In this document: positions 56,380 to 64,000 of the stretch, piece after piece
Layout: every line of letters starts with the position of its first letter
How positions within the stretch are numbered: position 1 is the first letter of the stretch
DNA from: a phage
Assembly: GCA_027218345.1 (NCBI GenBank)
Contig: GCA_027218345.1_3950.1
Reading direction: 5' to 3' (one strand)
Length of the DNA stretch: 64,000 nt
Notes under the pieces: model-generated
Seen by the model: only the letters and a program-made list of their open reading frames with translations
What the model was told of the DNA's origin: nothing
The model's database searches: none
Program-made: the position numbers and the translations under genes

Positions 56380-56828
56380 TATTCATCTCGCTCGATAATA
56401 AATACGCCATTAACACGGTTGCAGTAATCTCTGCCTTCGTATCTGGCAGCATCACCATATTCTGTGTATTTCTTGACAGAGCAAGGATTCTGACGACGCA
56501 TGTCAATATCACACTGATTAATACCACCTGCATAGGGTAGTCCTGAAACAGAGCTTTTAACAAGGTCGTCATAAACAGCTTTCAGAGACTTGAATCTGGA
56601 AGAGTTACGTAAATAAACACCACCAACCTTCTCATCTCCCATCTTGGCTACTTGAAAGAGTAAATATTTAAGAGCTTTGATGGCTGCTTTCTTTTCATCC
56701 TTTCCAGATTCTAGATAGAACCACTCTAGCACAGACTGCTCAATAAGAATTTCATCATTATTGGTGTCTGTGCAGAGGATTCTTACTCTATCAAGAGGGT
56801 TATTGGCTGGGTCGCCTATATAACACAT
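56379..56828 (-). CDS. head completion/connector protein
   Basis: 149 aa, positional. Confidence 0.3.
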   Translation of the reverse strand: MCYIGDPANNPLDRVRILCTDTNNDEILIEQSVLEWFYLESGKDEKKAAIKALKYLLFQVAKMGDEKVGGVYLRNSSRFKSLKAVYDDLVKSSVSGLPYAGGINQCDIDMRRQNPCSVKKYTEYGDAARYEGRDYCNRVNGVFIIERDE

Positions 56829-56849
56829 TCATAACCCTCCTTAAGAATA

Positions 56850-57956
56850 TTAGTCAGCTTTAGCGTCAGCACGAACATCTACCAGCAACTGAGGACGAGT
56901 ACAGTATGGCAGCATGTAAGAGTGAGCTTCGAAGTCAATACCTTCGTCACGGTCTTTTTCGTATTCGAATACGTACAGTTCCTGACCAAGTGTATTTGCG
57001 TAACCCATCTTAGGACATGGACCATATGCAACTTCGAAGATGTTGTTAGCTTCACCCAGCATAGATACGTTAGGGAAGGCATGACCAACACCAACAGTTG
57101 CTGCTACACTATCAATGCTCACCAGAGTGTGAACCTTACCGCGCTTGTCTTTGAACTTACCGTTGTACTGGACAAACTTAACACCACCGTAGTAGAAGGT
57201 GTTCATATGAGCCTGAACGCCGTCAGTACCACCAGTTCTCAGAGAACCAGTAATCTGTTGCCAAGCCAGCGGAGTCTGCTGTGCAAGATAAGCGTCACGA
57301 ATCTTAGGATGCTTAACCAGTTTGCTGAAGAATACACGGTCAACAACTACGTGAATTTCTTCACCGTTGATTACAGTGCCAGTCTTAGCTTCGTCTTCCA
57401 TGTGCATACGCAGTTCTTCAATAGAAGCGTCGATGTCAGCATTAGGATTGTCAAGGTCGAAGTAAACAGTCTTCTTCTCAACGTCGAATTGCTTGTACAG
57501 GTCAGCGTACAGAGTACCACGAGCATCAACAACTTTACCCTTCAGAGCTTGCATAAACAGGAACTCACGAGTAATATCGAACTTGGTACGAATCTTCATC
57601 AGCTTCTTAGCACGGACTACAGCTTCAGTAGTCAGTTCGTTTGCAGTGCCTGGCTGACGTACACCCTGAATCTCATCAGGAGTAATGCTTTCAACTTCTT
57701 TGAAGTACATCATTGGGAAGCTGATTTGACGAACACGCTCAGGTGCGCTAGTCTCTGCTTTACGGCTATCACGGTCTACCGCATCAAGCAAGCTAACATC
57801 CCAATCAGTCAAGTCCATCAGGAAAGTGGTTTGGGTGATTGGTGCTGAACGGAACAGACCTAAGTTGGAAATATACCCATAAGTATTTGGGATAGACTGG
57901 ACTTCGCCAGTCAGGTCAGCAAGGAAAAATCTGCTTTTTTCAGAATTAGTCAACAT
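56850..57956 (-). CDS. major capsid protein (lambda gpE-like)
   Basis: 368 aa; position after protease/scaffold and decoration genes. Confidence 0.6.
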   Translation of the reverse strand: MLTNSEKSRFFLADLTGEVQSIPNTYGYISNLGLFRSAPITQTTFLMDLTDWDVSLLDAVDRDSRKAETSAPERVRQISFPMMYFKEVESITPDEIQGVRQPGTANELTTEAVVRAKKLMKIRTKFDITREFLFMQALKGKVVDARGTLYADLYKQFDVEKKTVYFDLDNPNADIDASIEELRMHMEDEAKTGTVINGEEIHVVVDRVFFSKLVKHPKIRDAYLAQQTPLAWQQITGSLRTGGTDGVQAHMNTFYYGGVKFVQYNGKFKDKRGKVHTLVSIDSVAATVGVGHAFPNVSMLGEANNIFEVAYGPCPKMGYANTLGQELYVFEYEKDRDEGIDFEAHSYMLPYCTRPQLLVDVRADAKAD

Positions 57957-57989
57957 TGTAAAATTCTCCAGAATGTCTTATTATTGTTA

Positions 57990-58367
57990 TTACAGGCCAG
58001 TTGGTACGAAATCAATACCTTTAGCAGCCAGAGCCTTCTTGACTTCATCAGCATTAACGCTTGATTCAAGAGTCAGCATGTCTTTCAGTTCTGCATCGCG
58101 GTAGATACCTACCACTTTCAACTGACCGTGATAAGACAGTTGTGAGTCTGCATAAAAGTTAACGATACATACAGAGTCAGCCTGAGCTTCTTGCCCTGCT
58201 GTAACCTTAGTACCATCTGCTTTCAGAACTTCACCTACACGGTATTCTGTTGAAGCAACCGGAGTGTACTCTTTACGAGAGTGGCCTGTTGGGGTAACCT
58301 GTTCCCAAAGAATGATATCATTCAGAGGTTCTCTTTTACCTAACTTAGTAAAACCTTGATATGCCAT
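57990..58367 (-). CDS. head decoration protein (gpD-like)
   Basis: 125 aa directly upstream of capsid gene, lambda C-Nu3-D-E order. Confidence 0.4.
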   Translation of the reverse strand: MAYQGFTKLGKREPLNDIILWEQVTPTGHSRKEYTPVASTEYRVGEVLKADGTKVTAGQEAQADSVCIVNFYADSQLSYHGQLKVVGIYRDAELKDMLTLESSVNADEVKKALAAKGIDFVPTGL

Positions 58368-58378
58368 TATTGTGTTCC

Positions 58379-59725
58379 TTATTTGATAAGAGATTTTAGA
58401 GCATTCTGGAGAGCCAGTTTGCGTTGTTCAGCGGTGTCTTCGGAAGCATTCTTAGCTGGTTCTTTTTCTTCTTCAACCAAATCAGCTTCGCCGTCATTAC
58501 CCACTTCTTCCATAGCGTTGGAATGTTCAAGAACAGCACCAGCAGTTTCTTTCAGCTTGGTAATTTCTGATTCTTTTTCTTCCATTGCAGCAGCATGGGA
58601 CGCGATAGTTTCATTAAGTTTCTGGTTAGCACCTTCCATAGCATTCATAAACAGAACACTCAGAGGGTTGTCAAGACCAGCACCTAAAATAGTCGTTGCA
58701 GCTTCTTTTGCATCAAATCCAAAAGCTTCAGCAGAAGCAGAAATCTTATTAGTCAAATCTGACAAAGCAGCTTCCTGTTCTTTAGCTTTCATTTGAGCAA
58801 CCTGAAGACGCAAAGCTTCTAGTTCTTGCTTTTCTTGTTCAGTCATTTCTTCACCTGAATTGTTAACGTTTAAACTTACAGGAGCCTCTTCAGAACCTTG
58901 TAAGTAATTTAAGAAATCATCTTGAGACATGATTGAGTTAATTAAACCAAGTTCAAGAGCTTCCTGAGCAGAATAAACATTCGCCTCAGTATTCTTTACA
59001 GCTTCTTCAGAGAGATTACGAGATTCTGCTACAAAACCTGTAAAGGTTGCGTAGGTATCATTAATTCTCTTTTGAAGTCTTTCTTTGCTTTCTTCTGAGA
59101 GTGCTTGGAATGGTGAACCCATACCTTTAAACTCACCAGCTTTGATGACGTTAATTGTTACGCCATTCTTTTCAAATGCCTTAGTTAATTCCTGATGAAC
59201 CATGATTACACCAATAGAACCAACATCTGCATCTGGTGATGCAATAATTTCTTCAGCAGAAGATGCAAGAGCATATGCAGCGGAACAAGCGAACTCATCT
59301 ACATAAGCAATAATTTTCTTTTGGCCTCTTGAAGCCATAATGTGACGTGCTAATTCAAAGCAACCTGAAGCTTCACCACCACCGGAATCAATATGCAGAA
59401 CAATAGTCTTAATTGACTCATCTGCTAAAGCTTCGTCAAAGCCTCTACGTAAACCCTCATAAGAGCTTAATCCACCTGTACACATTGCATCAATGAATGT
59501 CATACGATGGGTTAAACCACCCATAATAGGGATAATAGCAATGTCATCTTTTACTTTTAAAAGACTTCTTGCTTCACCTTTGGGTTTATCAAAGTTTACT
59601 GCTGCTTGGACATCACCCAGCAATCTGTTATTCACATAAGTTGCTGCTGAGTGAGCTAATGATTCAGTGGCTAGTAAAGGTTGGTTGAATAATCTATCAG
59701 CAAGTCTGAAGATATTCGAACTCAT
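58379..59725 (-). CDS. prohead protease (S49/ClpP-like) fused to scaffold-like C-terminal domain
   Basis: S49-like region ...IIAYVDEFACSAAYALASSAEEIIASPDADVGSIGV...; C-terminal Glu/Ala/Lys-rich coiled coil. Confidence 0.6.
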   Translation of the reverse strand: MSSNIFRLADRLFNQPLLATESLAHSAATYVNNRLLGDVQAAVNFDKPKGEARSLLKVKDDIAIIPIMGGLTHRMTFIDAMCTGGLSSYEGLRRGFDEALADESIKTIVLHIDSGGGEASGCFELARHIMASRGQKKIIAYVDEFACSAAYALASSAEEIIASPDADVGSIGVIMVHQELTKAFEKNGVTINVIKAGEFKGMGSPFQALSEESKERLQKRINDTYATFTGFVAESRNLSEEAVKNTEANVYSAQEALELGLINSIMSQDDFLNYLQGSEEAPVSLNVNNSGEEMTEQEKQELEALRLQVAQMKAKEQEAALSDLTNKISASAEAFGFDAKEAATTILGAGLDNPLSVLFMNAMEGANQKLNETIASHAAAMEEKESEITKLKETAGAVLEHSNAMEEVGNDGEADLVEEEKEPAKNASEDTAEQRKLALQNALKSLIK

Positions 59726-59736
59726 TTTTACTCACC

Positions 59737-60069
59737 CTATTTGTTTAAATCTACAGAGACTGAAGAGATAACATAGATACCTTCTTCAGCAAAGAATTGA
59801 GGTTTGCTAAGAGCACCAGTTGCCACGCATTTATCGTTAGCATCCCACAAGCTATAGTGTGAGACCGTTGCAGAAGCTGGAACAGTAATATTAACTGTGT
59901 CTTCTGAGGCAATTAAGCCATTATCCGGTTCAGAAAAATAAATAGCCACTGGCTGAGTAACCTTATTTGCTGTAGGGTCTGCCGTTGGGTCTACATTGTG
60001 TAAAATAATAGTCGTTGGGGTTAGCGTGGCGAGGATTTTATTCTTACCATCAATAGTTAATGTTCCCAT
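59737..60069 (-). CDS. hypothetical head protein
   Basis: 110 aa. Confidence 0.3.
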   Translation of the reverse strand: MGTLTIDGKNKILATLTPTTIILHNVDPTADPTANKVTQPVAIYFSEPDNGLIASEDTVNITVPASATVSHYSLWDANDKCVATGALSKPQFFAEEGIYVISSVSVDLNK

Positions 60070-60569
60070 TAATTAAACCTTACTTTTTGTTTAAGGACTG
60101 TTGAATGGTTACCAGATTCATCTACCACATTTACAATCATATCATATACTTTGCCTTTGACAAGTACTTTGTAATCATTTTGTGAAAAAATGTACTCAAG
60201 TCTGTTTGTTTCTTTATTAACTGTCATTGGAGATTGAAATGCAGTGTCGAGGGTAATGAAAGCGGCTTCAATGCTATTAACATTGATACGTTTATTCTCG
60301 CAGTTATATAACTTTACACCCAAAAGGCATGAACTGTCAAATGGAATTTTAACAATTTCACTACAATTTCCTAAAATAAACGGTTTTCCACTCATTGGTG
60401 CATCAAGTAACCTGCAAATAGTGAAAACGTCAGAGGTTCCACCATCACTTACATAACCTGAAAGGCTGACCCTTGAGCCAGCCTCTACAGATAATTTGTC
60501 AGTGATAATAAGAACACCTCTATACGAATGCACTCTTGTAGCATTTGAAATAGAGATAACTTCAGCCAT
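60069..60569 (-). CDS. hypothetical head protein
   Basis: 166 aa. Confidence 0.3.
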   Translation of the reverse strand: MAEVISISNATRVHSYRGVLIITDKLSVEAGSRVSLSGYVSDGGTSDVFTICRLLDAPMSGKPFILGNCSEIVKIPFDSSCLLGVKLYNCENKRINVNSIEAAFITLDTAFQSPMTVNKETNRLEYIFSQNDYKVLVKGKVYDMIVNVVDESGNHSTVLKQKVRFN

Positions 60570-62044
60570 TATTTATTTGCCTTATTTGCTGTGCTTGGGT
60601 CTTTCGCTGAAGGTGTCTTTGCAGTACCTTCTCCAGCGGTCTTATAGCCATCTCCTGAACGGCTTTGACTATTTGGAGAAAGCTTTTCAGATACTGGCTG
60701 AGACTCATCAGCAGGAGGAAGACCAATATGCTCTCTAAGCTTGTTAGATAGCTCTTTGTCAACTTCCAAAGCACCTACTGCAACAGTCTTCTGGATATAA
60801 GAACCAATTACTTCAAGGTCTGGGGTTTCGATATCATCATATGTGATTTGTACATGTTCTTCATCGTCCCACATATTAAGAGCATAAGTCTGTGCAACTA
60901 AATCACGGTTAATTACGTTCTTAATTTGCTTCAGCAGAATATCTACTGACATTGCTAGTAAGCTTGTCTTAGAATCTGCAAGAGAGAATGAACCATATTT
61001 TGACTGACCCATAGCAAGAACATCTGACATAAATGCCATCATAATCTGCTTGGAATATCTGTCAATAATAGAACCTGTATCGTATGCTTTAGCACCCTGT
61101 CTAGAAACTAATGAGAACTCGAAAATATCCTCTTTAGTGTCTGGGTCGATATATCTAGGCCAGATTAAACCTGCTCTATCATTAGCAATCATATCGTTAA
61201 CAACAGTTTTGCAGTATTGTACGAAAGCTTTCTTTTCAGGTTCTGCATTTTCATCTAGATAATCTGGTGGTAAACCAATCTTTGGCATACCTACCAAGTC
61301 TCTTGAAACACCAACTGCTTCATACTCTTCAATCTGAACTTTATACTTCCACGGTACATAGGCATTAAGTAATGGTGAACGACCTTCTGGGTTTCCATAT
61401 TCATCATCATACTTAAACAGCATGAATTTAGCTCGTGGAAGTTTTCTTGTTAGTGGTCTTTCTCCAAGATTAATTGCTCCAGCAATATGTGAAACATTTC
61501 TCAGATTCTGTCTAACACCAGTAACTTTTCTAAAGTCTTCGTCAAAATACCACTTATCAAGTGTTGATTGGTTTCTGATTGGTAATTTAGCCCATCCAAT
61601 TAGACCATCATCAAATTTTGACTGGTACTTTCCTTTTTTACCCTGTCGCTTCTTATAAACTTTCTCGTTAACACAGAACCCATAAGTGCAGAATGACATT
61701 ACAGAATTAATAAAATCTGCCCAATCATGCTCCATGTCATCCATTAAAGAATTAAAGAAGTCTGCTCTTTCAAGCATTTTAGGGTCTTGCTCTTTTCCCT
61801 TTGGAGGTACGAATCTCCAGTTGACTTTTCTGACAAACATCTTAATAATATTTACAGATGCTGCTACAGCAGGGTCACGCATCATTAATTGGAAAGTTTT
61901 AATACTTTCAGGGAACCTTAGTGCCTGACGAGGTTCTTCATAGATTCTTCCATTCTTAACCTTCAGACCCAAAGAACCTACTTCACCCATTCTAAATGGT
62001 GGTAAGCTTTCTTGTGTTTCTGTAATATCTGCCATTCTTCTCAC
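60569..62044 (-). CDS. portal protein
   Basis: 491 aa, immediately downstream of large terminase gene. Confidence 0.6.
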   Translation of the reverse strand: MRRMADITETQESLPPFRMGEVGSLGLKVKNGRIYEEPRQALRFPESIKTFQLMMRDPAVAASVNIIKMFVRKVNWRFVPPKGKEQDPKMLERADFFNSLMDDMEHDWADFINSVMSFCTYGFCVNEKVYKKRQGKKGKYQSKFDDGLIGWAKLPIRNQSTLDKWYFDEDFRKVTGVRQNLRNVSHIAGAINLGERPLTRKLPRAKFMLFKYDDEYGNPEGRSPLLNAYVPWKYKVQIEEYEAVGVSRDLVGMPKIGLPPDYLDENAEPEKKAFVQYCKTVVNDMIANDRAGLIWPRYIDPDTKEDIFEFSLVSRQGAKAYDTGSIIDRYSKQIMMAFMSDVLAMGQSKYGSFSLADSKTSLLAMSVDILLKQIKNVINRDLVAQTYALNMWDDEEHVQITYDDIETPDLEVIGSYIQKTVAVGALEVDKELSNKLREHIGLPPADESQPVSEKLSPNSQSRSGDGYKTAGEGTAKTPSAKDPSTANKANK

Positions 62045-62051
62045 CTAGCTA

Positions 62052-63668
62052 TCAACGTCTAAGCCCCTCATATGGGTTTCCTCTCACTAAGTCTGTGTGA
62101 GCACCCATTGATGGTGGCTTGAATAATTTAACTTCGTTCAGACTGTTGAAAGCATCACTGGTAGCATCCACTTGGTCATCTTTAGTTTTACCATCACCAC
62201 AAAAGCCTTCAAGCTCTTGGAAGTAAGCTTCATTCCAACTACCTCTCAAGACTTTTACAAGTCCAGCTTCAGAAGCAGCAGAAAACCCCGCAAATCGGGT
62301 AACTTTATCTTTATTTGTTGGTTTAGCTCTTGCACGATAGCCTTTCTCGGCAAGTTTCCTGATGAGGGATGTTGCGTAGGATTTACCAGCAGCGCCTGGG
62401 TCTTGAGGGATAAAAATACCAGTTCGCTTACCGTCACTTTCAGCAGTCAAATTAATTTGTGTTTCGACTCCAGAGGGTCTATCTCTAAATCTTACTACAT
62501 CAATGATATAATAGCAACCGTCTTTTTTAGATTTACCCATCTTAACACCTGCTGTCCAGTCTGGATTAGGGTTAACCTCAGATGGTAAAGTTGCTGCTAA
62601 GTCCCATGCTCTAACATCAAATACATCTTCTGGGAGTGAATCAACAATTTCACACCATTGTCTTTGCCAATAGTTTGAACCTTCTGCACGAGCCTTCCAG
62701 TTACCGAAACGAAGTCTTGCAACGTTTACAGGGGTGTTGTTTTCAAGCTTACCGCGATATTTTGGTTCTAAGAAGTCAAGAATTGGGTTATCATCAATCG
62801 TACCAGAGATGAAGGTGTATGTTTGAGGAATCTCAAGAGGGAACATTTCAAGAATCTTGTCTCTCTCCCAATCAGAAACCATCACACCATCGTTCATTAC
62901 ATACCAACGAATACGACCACACTTTTCAGGGTCTGGATAGCCTTCTTCATCTAAGAATGGCTCTACCCAATCATAAATAAAGTGGTCTCTGTCTGGGTTC
63001 ATGGAAATCTTCATGTATGAATCACCTTCAGCACCAGAACGTAGACGGGTTTGTAGGTATGAAATCTGTGAAGCAGAGAAGTGTGTACCTTCGTCAAAGT
63101 AAATAGCTGAGTATTCAATACCCTGATGACCTTCAGCGTGCTTTTCAAGTTCTAGGTAGGTGAACTTGATAGTTGCCCCAGAAGGGAATGTGATAGTCAT
63201 CTTCTGCTCGTGAGGAACCCCACCAAACTTACCAAATAGTTTCTTTGCAGCAGGCCATAAACCACCTTGTAACTGTGTTGTATTTCGACGGAAATATACA
63301 GCATTGTAGTTAGGGTCTTCAATAAATCTTAAAGAGTCCATTAACAATGCAGCAGTTTTACCAGCACCAGCAGCACCACCATAAAGAACCAAGTCAGCAT
63401 TAGTATTTAAAAAGACCTCTTGAGAACCCGGCTGAGGGGCTACATAGTTCTTATCAGTCATCAATTTAAAGATGAGGCGAACTTGGTCTGGTGTATATCT
63501 TAATAAAGTCAGAATTTGAGTTGGAAGGAATTTAGAGGGGTCTTTACCGAACGATTTGATAATTTCTTTTACTTCATCAGAAAGCCCCAACTCTCCAGCT
63601 AGGACTTTCCTAACATCTTCCACTCGCTTCTGCTTAACAGCATTTAAGTCCATTAAGCACCTCCGCAA
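62052..63668 (-). CDS. terminase large subunit
   Basis: Walker A YGGAAGAGKTAAL, Walker B-like ...IYFDEGTHF, C-terminal nuclease-like region; 538 aa. Confidence 0.8.
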   Translation of the reverse strand: MRRCLMDLNAVKQKRVEDVRKVLAGELGLSDEVKEIIKSFGKDPSKFLPTQILTLLRYTPDQVRLIFKLMTDKNYVAPQPGSQEVFLNTNADLVLYGGAAGAGKTAALLMDSLRFIEDPNYNAVYFRRNTTQLQGGLWPAAKKLFGKFGGVPHEQKMTITFPSGATIKFTYLELEKHAEGHQGIEYSAIYFDEGTHFSASQISYLQTRLRSGAEGDSYMKISMNPDRDHFIYDWVEPFLDEEGYPDPEKCGRIRWYVMNDGVMVSDWERDKILEMFPLEIPQTYTFISGTIDDNPILDFLEPKYRGKLENNTPVNVARLRFGNWKARAEGSNYWQRQWCEIVDSLPEDVFDVRAWDLAATLPSEVNPNPDWTAGVKMGKSKKDGCYYIIDVVRFRDRPSGVETQINLTAESDGKRTGIFIPQDPGAAGKSYATSLIRKLAEKGYRARAKPTNKDKVTRFAGFSAASEAGLVKVLRGSWNEAYFQELEGFCGDGKTKDDQVDATSDAFNSLNEVKLFKPPSMGAHTDLVRGNPYEGLRR

Positions 63669-63674
63669 ATAGAA

Positions 63675-63875
63675 TTATTCAGAGTCTGTAGCAGTCTCTT
63701 CTTTCTTAACTTCGAACTTTGCATCAACAGCATCAAGAAGTGCATCCATAGATGCTTCTTTAATATCAATACCTGTTGCTACAGATAATCTGTCTGCAAT
63801 TGCCATGATAGTATTCTGCATAAACTCTAACTTCTTGTTAGCTTCATAAAGTTCTTTATAAACGTTCTCACTCAT
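63675..63875 (-). CDS. hypothetical small protein (possible small terminase fragment or DNA-binding partner)
   Basis: 66-aa ORF upstream of large terminase gene. Confidence 0.25.
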   Translation of the reverse strand: MSENVYKELYEANKKLEFMQNTIMAIADRLSVATGIDIKEASMDALLDAVDAKFEVKKEETATDSE

Positions 63876-63911
63876 TATGTTTTCTCCAAATAACTAATCT
63901 TGTTTCCCCTT

Positions 63912-63935
63912 AAAAAAGACGGCACAGAGACCGTC
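63912..63935 (-). terminator. hairpin with U-run on minus strand
   Basis: GACGG-CACAGAGA-CCGTC preceded by AAAAAA on plus side. Confidence 0.35.
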
Positions 63936-64000
63936 AAGGAGAAACCACAATGTACGTCAGAGACATACTGTATAAGTCTTCCTATAAAGTATAACTCTGT

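Noticed and set aside
56922-57848. 308-aa ORF on plus strand
   Set aside because: Entirely antisense to the major capsid gene; low-complexity composition; typical spurious antisense ORF.

Overview
This window reads as a contiguous segment of a virulent, tailed dsDNA phage genome (contractile-tail myovirus layout; gene content resembles Felix O1-like enterobacterial phages, but that is inference without a database search). Three blocks are visible: (i) 1-30210, minus strand, early/middle genes: macro-domain protein, lysis genes (signal-peptide transglycosylase, overlapping spanin pair), rIIA/rIIB, NAD+ salvage (NadV, Prs), anaerobic RNR (nrdD split by a group I intron, nrdG), glutaredoxin, aerobic RNR (nrdA, nrdB), flap endonuclease, SSB-like protein, primase-helicase, dNMP kinase; (ii) 30468-40069, plus strand: family A DNA polymerase split by a second group I intron, HNH-AP2 endonuclease, ATP-dependent DNA ligase, DHFR, thymidylate synthase; (iii) 40108-63875, minus strand, morphogenesis: two tail fibres, baseplate, tape measure, frameshifted tail chaperone pair, tube, sheath, connectors, lambda E-like capsid, decoration protein, S49 protease/scaffold, portal, large terminase. 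The strongest observations are the two ORF-less group I introns with recognisable P/Q/R/S elements, a TARG1/DarG-type macro-domain protein next to the NAD+ salvage genes (candidate counter-defence), a -1 frameshift site in the tail chaperone, and an iteron/G-tract non-coding region at 420-720. No tRNA, rRNA or CRISPR array was recognised. All calls come from reading motifs in the supplied translations and sequence; coordinates may be off by 1-2 nt (one minus-strand stop near 16083 did not reconcile with my manual count) and start codons are mostly taken from the ORF track.
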